IMG/VR virus record: IMGVR_UViG_3300027977_000020
DNA length: 64,000 bases
Direction: 5' to 3' (one strand)
Source: an uncultured virus (IMG/VR IMGVR_UViG_3300027977_000020)
Lineage: Duplodnaviria > Heunggongvirae > Uroviricota > Caudoviricetes
Made by a program: the position numbers and the translations under genes. The notes below the pieces were generated by a model, which made no database searches, was not told where the DNA came from, and saw only the letters and a program-made list of their open reading frames with translations. Positions 47,498 to 57,792 of this stretch are shown piece by piece. Position 1 is the first letter of the stretch; each line of letters opens with the position of its first letter.

Positions 47498-47741
47498 TAG
47501 GTTCCTCTTGGAATATATCAATATTAGTATCTATAGCCACGTCGAGCTCTTCTAAAACAGATTTATACGCACGTTCTCTACACACAAAATTATAAATAAC
47601 TTTCCACATATACTGGTCCCTCGCTTTTCCTTCCAAACTGATCGCCCTGTTCTTGAGTCTGGTCAGAACAAAATCGTCTTCGATTGTTAGACCAACAACC
47701 AACTGACTTCCGTGGTTTTTCATTGTGTCCTCGAAGCTCAT
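47490..47741 (-). CDS. Hypothetical protein
   Basis: 83-aa ORF. Confidence 0.6.
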   Translation of the reverse strand: MSFEDTMKNHGSQLVVGLTIEDDFVLTRLKNRAISLEGKARDQYMWKVIYNFVCRERAYKSVLEELDVAIDTNIDIFQEEPND

Positions 47742-47760
47742 TTAAGTTTAGCTCCAATCG

Positions 47761-48009
47761 TCACCACGCTCGGCAACTCCAGAAACCGGGAGTTAGTTTG
47801 CTCTTTTTTTCGTCACAATTATGACGTGCTCTGAAGTTAGCTCTTCGTTCTGGAATGTGTTTTTTGATAGTCATATTAGGATCACCAAAACGCACTAAAC
47901 GCACAGTATCTCCTTCCTTTGCGGCCACGGCGAATTTTTTACCTCCATCAGAATCTCGACGAGGTTGATTATATCCTTTGAAGATTTCGCCAGCAAGACG
48001 AATCGTCAT
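47761..48009 (-). CDS. Conserved small basic phage protein
   Basis: VRFGDPNM.IK...RR.NFRARHNC...FWSC..W; N-terminal RLAG. Confidence 0.75.
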   Translation of the reverse strand: MTIRLAGEIFKGYNQPRRDSDGGKKFAVAAKEGDTVRLVRFGDPNMTIKKHIPERRANFRARHNCDEKKSKLTPGFWSCRAW

Positions 48010-48142
48010 GCGCCGTATTTCGACTACAGTTTAGTCTACCGTAACGATTATGAAATTAAGATTAAAAGCATAATCATGGTTTGACTTACAGCTAATCCCT
48101 GCTAACGTCGTTACGTCCACGACATTTACTTTCTGAACTCCA

Positions 48143-48406
48143 ATGGAGACTGCACGGCTCCTGACTATCGCTCAGACCGCAGAGCTGCTCAACTGCTCTG
48201 CTGGTTTTGTACGTAAACGTATCTCTCTCACCGAATCTAATCAGCCCGGTGGTTGGCCTAAGGGCATCTTCGTTAATCTTCAGCCAAACGGCGCGAAGTC
48301 TCTGTACCGTATTCATCAAGATTCTCTTCAAGAATATTTGAAAAGCGGAGCAGAAGTTGATAACGAAGAGGTTAATATAGAGGAAAGCGCCGCCTGCGCT
48401 CTTTGA
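48143..48406 (+). CDS. Excisionase-like HTH protein
   Basis: LLTIAQTAELLNCSAGFVRKRI...YRI....L.EYL. Confidence 0.75.
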   Translation: METARLLTIAQTAELLNCSAGFVRKRISLTESNQPGGWPKGIFVNLQPNGAKSLYRIHQDSLQEYLKSGAEVDNEEVNIEESAACAL

Positions 48407-48417
48407 GCTTAAACCTA

Positions 48418-48954
48418 ATGACCTCCTCGATCACGGATATACTTCAGGCTGCCGTCGAGGCACCTAAGAAAGAAATGATCACCCAGGAGGTCATTATACA
48501 AAAAGATAACTGTGTAGACAATTTGATCTACAACATGGTTGCTTTAGCTTCTTACCTATACCAGCTAAACACGCAAGCGCATCTACTTCATCTAAATATT
48601 GAATGTCCCCAGTTTCTAGCGTTGCACAAGTTTTTAAAAAAACAATACGAACAACACACCACGGACTTTGATACAGTCTCTGAACTGGTCAGAAGCATGG
48701 ATTACTTAATGCCTATGTGCCAGAACGGACTACTAAACGCCTATAAAAAGTTTCCTAACACCAAAACGTACGAAGCAAACGACAGCCTAGTAACTTATTT
48801 AAAAAATCTAGAGCAAGGCGGAATGTTAGGTAAATCCGTCGTTGAAATGGCTAAAGAAGTTGAAGCTCCAGATGTAGAAAACTTTGTAGCTGAAATTGTT
48901 AACAACATGTTCAAGAGCGCGTGGATGCTCAAAGCAACTTTAAGAAACAGTTAA
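48418..48954 (+). CDS. dps: Dps/ferritin-like protein
   Basis: H.LHLNI..PQFLALHKFL..QY......D.VSE.VR and AWMLKA. Confidence 0.75.
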   Translation: MTSSITDILQAAVEAPKKEMITQEVIIQKDNCVDNLIYNMVALASYLYQLNTQAHLLHLNIECPQFLALHKFLKKQYEQHTTDFDTVSELVRSMDYLMPMCQNGLLNAYKKFPNTKTYEANDSLVTYLKNLEQGGMLGKSVVEMAKEVEAPDVENFVAEIVNNMFKSAWMLKATLRNS

Positions 48955-49628
48955 ACTAGAGCCCACCCGCCAGCAAAGGCTACGTACAAACCACTGGGGG
49001 TTCCAGTGTTGTCAATTTTGTATCGAAGGGAACCAGAGGGCCCAGTTCCAGTCAAAGAGCCTGTATAAATATCGGAACAGGAAACACCAGTTGCCGTAAC
49101 AACTCCAGAAGCAAGGATTGCACCTAAAGCACCTGAGGCAACCACCGAGCCGAGGGACCCGGAGGCTAATAACGCACCGCGAGAACCAGAAGCAAGAATT
49201 GCACCTAAGGCACCTGAGGCAAGAATTGAACCAAACGAACCTGACGCTACAAGAGCCGAATTTGCAAAAATAGCACCGGAAGCAATGGTGACGTTTGCAC
49301 TTCCAGCTACATCAGCAAAAGCTGCACCAACTTTTTGCCAAGCTGTACCGTTCCATACTTTTAAATAATATGTAGTTGTGTTGGAGTCTGTCCACAACTC
49401 TCCTAAAGAGTTACCTGCCAAACCCACGGGTACAGCGTTAGGAGCTACGGTGCCATAAGCGGTGGGACCGATTTTTCGTATGCTGCCAGCAGAATCTTCG
49501 AAATAAACTCCAGGGTCTGCCGCACCAAAACTCATAACAAGCTCACCATTAACAATGATGTTGCCACTCGGTCTATCGGATGCGTTACCGGTTCTTTTAA
49601 GTAAAGAAGTAACTGGTGTTGAAGTCAT
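48951..49628 (-). CDS. Fibre-like protein with 9-aa ASG repeats
   Basis: LLKR...RPS...NGEL N-terminus, GELW module, ASG at 9-aa spacing. Confidence 0.7.
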   Translation of the reverse strand: MTSTPVTSLLKRTGNASDRPSGNIIVNGELVMSFGAADPGVYFEDSAGSIRKIGPTAYGTVAPNAVPVGLAGNSLGELWTDSNTTTYYLKVWNGTAWQKVGAAFADVAGSANVTIASGAIFANSALVASGSFGSILASGALGAILASGSRGALLASGSLGSVVASGALGAILASGVVTATGVSCSDIYTGSLTGTGPSGSLRYKIDNTGTPSGLYVAFAGGWALV

Positions 49629-49629
49629 G

Positions 49630-51168
49630 TTAGTAGGTTCCTCCGTTTATAAATGTAGGGGGATAGCTCGGAGGCACAAGTTCACCATTAGTATACTGAC
49701 CTCCGTCTAAAATATTAGAAGAGCTTGTGATAACAACACCATCAGAGTAAGTTCCACCATCATAAATTTCTTGAGGCAAAGCAGCAGGATTTAAAGGATT
49801 GAAATCATTTATTGTAAACAGTTGAAAGTTTGTATCTTGAAGTTCTGTTAAGTCGTCTAGCTGTCCAAAATTTAGTGTTTTTGCAATCATATTATACTTA
49901 TCAGCATAAAGTAGATGCTTAGGTAACCCTCCAAGAGAAGGACTGTAACGAGACCACCAGACAAGATCTTCCTCTCGTCTTAGAAAACTATTTTGTTTTG
50001 CTAAATCAACTTCAAATTTTTCACGATAATATTCATCTAAAGGCTCATCATTTGGCTGAGGTAACCTTGAAGTTGTGACATTAAACAATCTAAACTTACG
50101 TTGCATGTCCCAAAAAGCAGCATAAATATGTTTACACCATTTAGGTTGAAAATAAAATAAAGAGGGATCTGAATAGACGGCTGTGTCTTCGTAAGAAGGT
50201 ATAGTGTAGATTTTGTTTAGATAAATAAAACCAAAGGTTCTAGCGTACCCAGGATAGTCATTAGATGGACTTACTCGACCAGAAGCATTAGGACCGCCAT
50301 CGAAAAAACCAGGATCGACGTTTAATATACTTGTATAGGGATACCGTTGTTTAACTGAGAGATTATAAAAATTAAAACCTTCTCTGTTTAAAAAATCTTG
50401 ACAAGAGCACTGAACTCTTATTTCTGTTGTAAGAAATTCACCAACTAATGGAGGACCTGTAGCGGGTACAACAATCGTCGTGGAATTAACCACAGACCAA
50501 CTTTTATCAGCTGCAAACGATAAAAATAATGTATTGAAGTCTGGGTTTATTGATGGTTCTAAAATAACACCGTTGAAACCTACAGCTGTAACTGTGTAGT
50601 TACTGTATCCAAATTGTTTTTCCGTACCGTCAGAATTAAACCTGTTCGACAACACCTCTCCGGTAAAATACGAAATAGGAGAACCAAATCGTTGACTTAG
50701 GACTACGGCGTAAGTCGTTTCATCATATTGAGTTACAGATTGAATTGAAATACCAAAGTCCAAGAAGTTAAAAGTATCTCGTGGACGAATACCGACCATG
50801 TGCATACGCATATCGCTTCTGAGTGTCGGATATACAAAGAACAAGCCAGGTATATACCCACCTACACCGGCAGTGCCTGAGACGTAATATTTAAAAGACG
50901 AATAAATTAAACCACTGTACGCTCCTTGTGCATACATGCTAAGTTCATAACCACGGCGCCAACGTGACCATAAAGAAGCATAGTTGTACTCACTTACGAC
51001 ACTAAAATCTTTCGTGTTAATTGCTGGTCTAAATCTACGCTTAAAAGGTAACGGACGTAAGAGCTGAGATTTTTTATCAGATCCAATAATATTTGAAATA
51101 GGTTTAAAAGAACCAAGTGGTCTCGGACCATTAGGCAAAAAATCATCAGAGCCCTTTTTACGAGCCAC
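49630..51168 (-). CDS. Protein with SWIM-type zinc finger and C-terminal (D/N)GGxY repeats
   Basis: CSCQDF...WCKHIYA; YDGGTY, LDGGQY and INGGTY. Confidence 0.7.
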   Translation of the reverse strand: MARKKGSDDFLPNGPRPLGSFKPISNIIGSDKKSQLLRPLPFKRRFRPAINTKDFSVVSEYNYASLWSRWRRGYELSMYAQGAYSGLIYSSFKYYVSGTAGVGGYIPGLFFVYPTLRSDMRMHMVGIRPRDTFNFLDFGISIQSVTQYDETTYAVVLSQRFGSPISYFTGEVLSNRFNSDGTEKQFGYSNYTVTAVGFNGVILEPSINPDFNTLFLSFAADKSWSVVNSTTIVVPATGPPLVGEFLTTEIRVQCSCQDFLNREGFNFYNLSVKQRYPYTSILNVDPGFFDGGPNASGRVSPSNDYPGYARTFGFIYLNKIYTIPSYEDTAVYSDPSLFYFQPKWCKHIYAAFWDMQRKFRLFNVTTSRLPQPNDEPLDEYYREKFEVDLAKQNSFLRREEDLVWWSRYSPSLGGLPKHLLYADKYNMIAKTLNFGQLDDLTELQDTNFQLFTINDFNPLNPAALPQEIYDGGTYSDGVVITSSSNILDGGQYTNGELVPPSYPPTFINGGTY

Positions 51169-51171
51169 GGA

Positions 51172-51729
51172 TCAATAAAAACCGCCTTGCGCAAAAATCG
51201 AGAGACCTGACGCACTTAAGCCACCGGAGACAGCGGCGGGTCCGTTACCTAAGTAACCTACACACAAAATATATCCTTTCTCTAAATACAAAGCTTCAGA
51301 CTTACCAATTTCAATCGGGCGAACTAAGTTAGTGTCCCCAGTTTGAGGCGTGGGAGCAACGGTTGCTGGGAGTTCTACACGTTGAATCAAACCTTCTGTG
51401 TCACCGGATAAACCAACTTCGAACTTACTTATCAAAAGAGAAGCTGAGGTAGAAGGAGCAGCTTGGTTAGGTGCATAGATATAAACACCAAAAGCTGCAG
51501 AACGGACACCACCATTATTCGGATATCCTTCGTTAGCTACGACAAAGATATCCTCTACAAGAGCTCCGTCCTCTGAAGGAAGATCTCCAACGCGAACCAA
51601 TTGAATTAAGTCACCAAAATCAGGACTACTTGTATTAGTTACAACAGTAGTTCCGTTATTAACTTTAGCGCCTCTAAGAAAAGGCCTATCAACCATTAAA
51701 GGTTGTTTGTTGGTGCTTGTAGAGCTCAT
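51172..51729 (-). CDS. Putative structural protein
   Basis: 185-aa beta-rich ORF ending AQGGFY. Confidence 0.65.
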   Translation of the reverse strand: MSSTSTNKQPLMVDRPFLRGAKVNNGTTVVTNTSSPDFGDLIQLVRVGDLPSEDGALVEDIFVVANEGYPNNGGVRSAAFGVYIYAPNQAAPSTSASLLISKFEVGLSGDTEGLIQRVELPATVAPTPQTGDTNLVRPIEIGKSEALYLEKGYILCVGYLGNGPAAVSGGLSASGLSIFAQGGFY

Positions 51730-51739
51730 GATTTAGATC

Positions 51740-52348
51740 CTAGGAAACAAGGGAAGAGTAGTAATCAGCCGGAAGTGCAGCGGTTTGAGACAGGTCTTCT
51801 GACTCAACTAAAGCCACACTGGTGCGAGCTGGATCTATTGTAGAGGTAACCCCACCAGTAAACAGCCGTTGCAAAGCAGTGGGTGATGCAATTGCCTCAC
51901 GAAGAATAGCAGTGTTAAAGGGAGAAAAATCTGACTCCGCCACGGCCTGTGCTACGTCTCTTGCTCCTGGTCGTTCTCGCATAGGTTGATTTTGACGGCG
52001 ATTTCTACGTTCAGCTAATTCACGACCTAATCGATCCCCTGCATAACGAGTGCCTCGTGGTTCAAAAGCAGGATTAGCAGGAAAACCCCTAATAGCCCTG
52101 TAAGCATTTGCTACACCTGGAGCTATATCACCAACTTGTTTTACAAGATTAAATAAACCAGATTCATCACGTCTAGCAACTCCAAATTCCGAGCCAGGAA
52201 CCGGAAGCTCTACGTCTCGGAAAACGTCAGGTGTATAGCCAAGAGGAGGATTGACAAAACGTTTGCCGGTATAGTCATTTATATTGCCCTGCGAAGGTCT
52301 GTTATAAGCAGTATCAAAACCATAACTAGGGGAGAAAGAGTAGCTCAT
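51740..52348 (-). CDS. Hypothetical protein with RYAG motif
   Basis: GTRYAGDRLG. Confidence 0.65.
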   Translation of the reverse strand: MSYSFSPSYGFDTAYNRPSQGNINDYTGKRFVNPPLGYTPDVFRDVELPVPGSEFGVARRDESGLFNLVKQVGDIAPGVANAYRAIRGFPANPAFEPRGTRYAGDRLGRELAERRNRRQNQPMRERPGARDVAQAVAESDFSPFNTAILREAIASPTALQRLFTGGVTSTIDPARTSVALVESEDLSQTAALPADYYSSLVS

Positions 52349-52383
52349 TAGATAACCTCCGAGAACAACATTTTAACTCGTTA

Positions 52384-54306
52384 TCAGTAATACATCATCT
52401 GATCACGCTGAGGAACACTTAAGCGCTGCAAGAACTCTTCAGCAGGAGTAAGTACAGGTTGTTCCATAGGTGTGGTGGCACTACGTAAGTCGAAACTTCC
52501 TTGAGTTGGAGCTACTGCACTTTGAGCCGTGGCGTTTGCGTTTCCAATGGCGTTAGCCTGATTGTTTGTCCCCATTGGAGTTGTAAAGGTCGTAGTCGTT
52601 ACGGACTGTTGAGTTTGTTGGTTAGCTTCAGGGTTAACCATGCTGCGACGATGCATTTCGTAAGCTAGAGCAGGGTAGCTTTGAGCCCACGTCCGCAAGG
52701 CAGTTGACTCAGCAGGACTAGAACCTGTTCCTTCTGCATACTTCATCAACGATTGCCTTACAGGAGCTTGATTTGCATAGGCAGCTCTCGCAGCGTAATA
52801 ATCCTCTGCACTTTTATACCTCTCAGGGCTACGGGGTTCCATAGCTCTATCTACAGCGGCGGCGCGAGGTGAATACTGAGCTAACTGCTCACGCATCTCA
52901 CTTGCGCGATCTCCACCTCGAGTAATTACAGGTGCTGGGGCAGTTGGATCTGACCGACGAGGCATAGGTTGACTTTGTTCAGGAGAACCTACGGAACCTA
53001 AGGGAGTGCCGTCATCATCAGCAAATATCACAGGGGGTTGTTCTGGTTGATTAATTCCGTTAGGAGTAACCAAGGGTTCTCCAGGAACAGTCCTTGTCCC
53101 ACCTTGTGGATCAAGAGGAGCAGAGCCTTCATCTCCGCGCATCATGTTTCCTATGGTACTACTTAACCCAAAGCCAGCTAGACCAGCGCCTCCAAGAGCG
53201 CCGACACTTCTAATAGGATTATTACGTAATACGTCTATAAGTATGTTTAAATCACCAATTTGAATGCCCCCGGTGGCATTACGTGTAGCTTTTGTAACAG
53301 GATCAACGACTTTACCAACCGGGAATGGACCCATTAGACTGTTAGGGCTGTAGCTAGCCGGCGGTATAGCAGCTAAAGGTGATATATCTTCAACGACATT
53401 ATCAGCCGGGAATGGACCCATTTGACTTTTAGGGTAAGACTTAACGATATCGAGCTGAGGCCTTGACGGTCTAGCAGCTAAAGATGATATATCTTCAACA
53501 ACATTACCAGCCGTGTCTAAGACAACTCGACTTGTAGGGTAAGGATTGATACGTGGATCTATTTCAATGCGACCGGTAAACGGATCAGGTTCACTAAAAA
53601 AAGATCGCCCGCGAACTTCACCACCAGGTGCTCGGGGAGTAAGAGGAATACCCTGTTCAATGGCCTCCATGACATTAAGTCTATTTGGAGGAGGAACAGG
53701 ACCTAGAAAAGCACCAATATTAGCTTCAACGCCCTCACCGTATGTAGTGTTACCAAGCTTTCTTCCTCCAACAGCTTGAGTACCTGGAGGGTACCTTAAA
53801 GACATTCCAGGACCTTTTATCTCACCCGGACCTGGTCTAAGAAATGTGCCTTGTAAATATTCGGGAACAGAAGCAGGAATATCTCTAGCTGGAGGAGCCT
53901 GTCCACGCAGCCTATCAAAAAGAGCTGCCGCATCCTCGGGAGGAACTGAAATTTCCCCTCGCCTTAACCTATCTGCAAGTTCTCGATCTGCTGATGTTAC
54001 ACCTTGACGTGGACCTAAAATATTTGGTAAAGCCTCTCGAGCTCTAACTGTAGGCGCGATTTGTCGTATTTGATCCGCGCGTTGAATATCTGCAGGAGTT
54101 ACTGTCGGTGACCGACGTGGCACATCCGGCAAAAGACGGCGAGGGTTTGGAGTCGGAGTAGCCAAAGGTAGAGGACCACCCATTATTACGTTTTCTGCAT
54201 TTCTACCTAGGTTCTGAGCACCACCACTTAGTTGTTTCAGCAACCGCTGAGCACCAGCAGTACCCTGTTTTCTTATTTCATTATAAATAAAATTACCGAG
54301 GCCCAT
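52384..54306 (-). CDS. Large Pro-rich protein, possible internal virion protein
   Basis: 640 aa; internal duplications NVVEDIS.LAA and S.MGPFP. Confidence 0.7.
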   Translation of the reverse strand: MGLGNFIYNEIRKQGTAGAQRLLKQLSGGAQNLGRNAENVIMGGPLPLATPTPNPRRLLPDVPRRSPTVTPADIQRADQIRQIAPTVRAREALPNILGPRQGVTSADRELADRLRRGEISVPPEDAAALFDRLRGQAPPARDIPASVPEYLQGTFLRPGPGEIKGPGMSLRYPPGTQAVGGRKLGNTTYGEGVEANIGAFLGPVPPPNRLNVMEAIEQGIPLTPRAPGGEVRGRSFFSEPDPFTGRIEIDPRINPYPTSRVVLDTAGNVVEDISSLAARPSRPQLDIVKSYPKSQMGPFPADNVVEDISPLAAIPPASYSPNSLMGPFPVGKVVDPVTKATRNATGGIQIGDLNILIDVLRNNPIRSVGALGGAGLAGFGLSSTIGNMMRGDEGSAPLDPQGGTRTVPGEPLVTPNGINQPEQPPVIFADDDGTPLGSVGSPEQSQPMPRRSDPTAPAPVITRGGDRASEMREQLAQYSPRAAAVDRAMEPRSPERYKSAEDYYAARAAYANQAPVRQSLMKYAEGTGSSPAESTALRTWAQSYPALAYEMHRRSMVNPEANQQTQQSVTTTTFTTPMGTNNQANAIGNANATAQSAVAPTQGSFDLRSATTPMEQPVLTPAEEFLQRLSVPQRDQMMYY

Positions 54307-54336
54307 GTGCTGAAACCGATCACTAATAAAGTAAGT

Positions 54337-54957
54337 CTACCGCCAATTTGCGTAAAAATAGAGTCTGTCTGCTCGTGAAATATCAGGTGGTCCAGGTATT
54401 GCTTGAATAAATTCTCCACCTGATCGTTCAAAGCGATATCTCGCGGCCACGGGGTCTCGATAGTTAGGTACATAAAGCTGTTGCGCTAACCTATCGCACT
54501 CATACAAATAGTTTTCCCTCCATATGCGAGCTGTTTCACGTTTATCCTGAATATTAATGGAACGTGAAACGTCACCAAGAATTGTTTCTTGACGACTCGT
54601 AGCTCTACCGGTAGCAAGCTCAGTAAGACGCTCAGCTTCCTCACAGCGCTCAATTTGCTGAATTATCTTGTCGTAATAAAACTCACTAGGGATACTATTA
54701 CAAGCTTCGAGCAAACGAGCATAGTCACCCGCCGGAACAGTTGCGATGTTAAAGGCTAAGTGATAAGCAACACGGCTAAAGTTAAAATCGTCAAGGGCAT
54801 AACCAAAAACCTGAGCAGGATTTCTAGTTAATTGATTAACTGTCGCATAAATTACTTCGCGCTTAGTGGCGTCAGTCGTTGTTGGCTGAAATACAACCCC
54901 TTGCTGAGCTAAATACGATTGAATTTGCTCAAGTTCAAAAGTAGTTAGTTGGGCCAC
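54337..54957 (-). CDS. Putative head-completion protein
   Basis: Helical 206-aa ORF downstream of capsid genes; function from position only. Confidence 0.55.
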   Translation of the reverse strand: MAQLTTFELEQIQSYLAQQGVVFQPTTTDATKREVIYATVNQLTRNPAQVFGYALDDFNFSRVAYHLAFNIATVPAGDYARLLEACNSIPSEFYYDKIIQQIERCEEAERLTELATGRATSRQETILGDVSRSINIQDKRETARIWRENYLYECDRLAQQLYVPNYRDPVAARYRFERSGGEFIQAIPGPPDISRADRLYFYANWR

Positions 54958-54979
54958 GGAGACGAAAACTTATGTTCTT

Positions 54980-55450
54980 CTATTCTACGTATACACTCCC
55001 GGTAGCAAACACTTCATCCCAATCAACTCGTTTAATTGAGTTAAGTTGATCTAGTTTTATGAACTTTTCACCAGGTAAAGATTGACGTAACTCAACAATT
55101 TCTTTAGCTGTTTTTAGCCCCACGCCTGGTAAGCACTGCGTAAGACCTTCGGGTGTCAGAGTATTTAAATTTATCCGAGTGTCCGCAGGTGGTAGAGGTT
55201 TAATTATCGGAGTTTTTTCAATCTCTGACTTCACATTTCGCCTGCTGCGCCTGGTACCTACATGGTTAGCACTTGGAGTTGGTTCATTTTCATCAAGAAG
55301 TTCTCCAACTTGGTCTTTATGAGCAAAAAAGACTTTACCTGTGGTATTTGAACGCACCATAAAGTAATCACCTTCGTCATACGTCGAAAGTATCTCAATT
55401 TTTACGCCACTAGGTCTATAAACACTGGCTGTCATGGGCTGAGTCAACAT
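54980..55450 (-). CDS. Helix-hairpin-helix (ComEA-like) DNA-binding protein
   Basis: RINLNT...L...LPGVGLKTAKEIVELR...F..LDQL. Confidence 0.8.
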   Translation of the reverse strand: MLTQPMTASVYRPSGVKIEILSTYDEGDYFMVRSNTTGKVFFAHKDQVGELLDENEPTPSANHVGTRRSRRNVKSEIEKTPIIKPLPPADTRINLNTLTPEGLTQCLPGVGLKTAKEIVELRQSLPGEKFIKLDQLNSIKRVDWDEVFATGSVYVE

Positions 55451-55490
55451 GTGTACAGTAGTTTAGGCTAAACAACCGCAAAAACAAAGC

Positions 55491-55751
55491 TTATTGATCA
55501 CAAGTTTTTAGTTTTGGCGCAGATTTTTCAATAAATTCAGCTCGTTTCTCCCAAGTATCGCCTCCAACACGTCCTTTAGCTGGATTTATGCACTCAGAGG
55601 AGTCAGTTTGGTTACAAACCAAGCCCGCAAGGTCTAGTTCACTACCTTTTGCCCCCGTACGCCAATAATGAACATTATTTAACCAAGTAGCGCCGCATTT
55701 TTGGCACTCTTTTCGTTTAATTCCAAACTCTGAAAGCTTCCGGTCAGTCAT
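55491..55751 (-). CDS. Small Cys-rich protein
   Basis: C..CGA.W...HYW.TG..G...DLAGLVC....CINP..G..GGDTW. Confidence 0.7.
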   Translation of the reverse strand: MTDRKLSEFGIKRKECQKCGATWLNNVHYWRTGAKGSELDLAGLVCNQTDSSECINPAKGRVGGDTWEKRAEFIEKSAPKLKTCDQ

Positions 55752-55841
55752 AAAGACCACGCAAGAAACATATGCTTGATACTTTGCCAGTTAACGATTT
55801 AAAAAACGCTAAAAATTTTATTAATAATTTGATTCCAAAAC

Positions 55842-55865
55842 AAAAACCCCTCCCGAAGGAGGGGT
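55842..55865 (-). terminator. Terminator of the capsid operon
   Basis: ACCCCTCC-TTCG-GGAGGGGT followed by a T tract on the minus strand. Confidence 0.85.
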
Positions 55866-55892
55866 AGATGTAAGAACCCGTTACTGATTAGA

Positions 55893-56771
55893 TCAGGAAG
55901 GTGAAGTCGAAGTAAATATACTTGACTCGATAACACCACCGGGCTGCAGAGCAAGATCTGAACGCTCGGGGGGTTGGTCAGGAAGAATCCAGCAAACTTC
56001 GCAGATTGCCAGAGCCTTGTTTGCACCTGAAAGTCTTCCAGTACCAGCGCGAGGATCGTAAATACCCGAACCTTGAGCAAGACCAGAAGCAGCAGCACCA
56101 CCAAGATTAGTAGTGGTGAAGAGTTTCCAGGTAGTAGCGTTAGCCAGAGCGGACAAGCTGCTGCTGTTGAAGATGTTAGTAGAAGCAATGCTTCCGTTAA
56201 CAATCCGGCTAGAGGCGCCCGTAATGGAACAACCAAATTGACCGGAAACAACAGTGCCGTTGTCACGCAGACCTTGAGCTACAGCAGGAATCAGAGAAAC
56301 CTGTGGGGTAGCACTTCCACCGGCAACGCCGGAGCTAACAACATCACCACCGTCAATGCGCAAGGAGGCACGATAAACGTAGCCAGACGCAGGAACGATG
56401 ATGCCATTCGTGATATCAGCCCGAATATCCTTATGGAAATCAGGAGAAGGAATGATAACGTTAGCGTTTAGGAAGGGTTGCTGAGCAGCGTTTTGACCCG
56501 AACCATAAGGTAGGGTGTAGTACTCAAGTTGATTGTTTGTACCAAGAGCTTGGTAGCTCAGGTCAACATAACCAACTGCTTGCTGAGCAATCCAACCAGG
56601 ACGGAATACAACACCAACAGGACCACCCACGGGTTGGTTGGTTAAGTTGGTGGAAACACCGTTAGCGTTGTTGTACTGAACGGTTTTTTCTTCGTGCCAG
56701 TAACGAAGAACGTTTGTGTAGTTACCAGGATAAATCTTGGCAACTGAGAGCTGGTTAGTAGCGATCGCCAT
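55893..56771 (-). CDS. Putative minor capsid/decoration protein
   Basis: Immediately downstream of the capsid gene, GAGGAGG RBS, before the terminator. Confidence 0.65.
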   Translation of the reverse strand: MAIATNQLSVAKIYPGNYTNVLRYWHEEKTVQYNNANGVSTNLTNQPVGGPVGVVFRPGWIAQQAVGYVDLSYQALGTNNQLEYYTLPYGSGQNAAQQPFLNANVIIPSPDFHKDIRADITNGIIVPASGYVYRASLRIDGGDVVSSGVAGGSATPQVSLIPAVAQGLRDNGTVVSGQFGCSITGASSRIVNGSIASTNIFNSSSLSALANATTWKLFTTTNLGGAAASGLAQGSGIYDPRAGTGRLSGANKALAICEVCWILPDQPPERSDLALQPGGVIESSIFTSTSPS

Positions 56772-56785
56772 TTTTAGTTACCTCC

Positions 56786-57792
56786 TCAAGCGTCGAAAGA
56801 GTAGGCAACGGTGACGAAGTCAGCGTTCAGAAGTTCGAAACCTGCGTACAGGCTCCAAATCATCATGATGAAACGGCTGAAGTCATCGTTGTTGTTGAGT
56901 AGCACTTGGGCGTTGTTACCGCCAATGCCAACTCCAGTGGACTGCGGACCAAAGAAGATACCGATCGCAGAGTTGTAGCTCTGTGAACTGGATGCAATGG
57001 TCGCAGCCTGTGTTTGTGTAGGCATGTTGGTGCTTTCGAAGAAGCGCACACCTTCAAACACAAAGCCCGTGGGCATAATCGGTTCGCCAGCCACGAAGGT
57101 AGCTTGACCGAAGCCCTGACCCATGTACAGAGCAGCGTTAGGCTGCATGCCGGACATAAGTGGGTTGATTTGACCGTTGCCAGGGTAACGAGCAACTTCA
57201 CGGAAGTCACTGTTCTGACGCAGGTGCATCAAGAAGGTAGGATCGCAAACACAGCGATAGAAACCGTCTTGGAAGGTAGGAGTGTTCCTCTTACGCAGGC
57301 TCTTCACCACGCGCAAAAGGTCATCCTTAACGTCGAATTTGGCTTGTTCGGCGTTGGTATAGCTAAGACTTCCAACGGCTAGATCGCCAGGGAAGTAGTA
57401 ACCACCTTGGGTGTCAGAAGACTGACCCTTTGATACTGCTTTAAGGAGTTCATTGATGAACACCCGATCACGCCAACGACGATAGTCGTCGAGCAAAGTC
57501 AGGCTACCAATGGATTGGTGGAAAGTTGTGAGGCTGCCGGTATCCAGCAAAAGACGCTGGGCAGTGATCAGAGTCTCGCGAGCAATTTTGAAAGTGCTTG
57601 GCTGAGTTGGATCACTAGGGTCAGCAGGGCCGGTGTACTCCTTAAGAGTCACCTGAACCTTGTCCTTCACAATGTTGCGGCTGTTTGCAGTACCGATTGT
57701 TTGCTCGGCAGTGCGCTCGCGAGATTCTTTGGAGCCAGGGTTACCGAAGAAACGGTAACGATCAAGCTGAACCGTCTGGCCGGGTTGTTTTG
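56786..57792 (-). CDS. Major capsid protein, exon 2
   Basis: KQPGQTVQLDRYRF..., VTLKEY, GVRFFES and DDFSR segments resemble HK97-fold (N4 gp56-like) capsid proteins; joins exon 1 in frame (371 aa total). Confidence 0.8.

Noticed and set aside
21733..56768. HIP1 octamer GCGATCGC at 21733 and 56761
   Set aside because: Only two copies noticed in 64 kb; no evident enrichment
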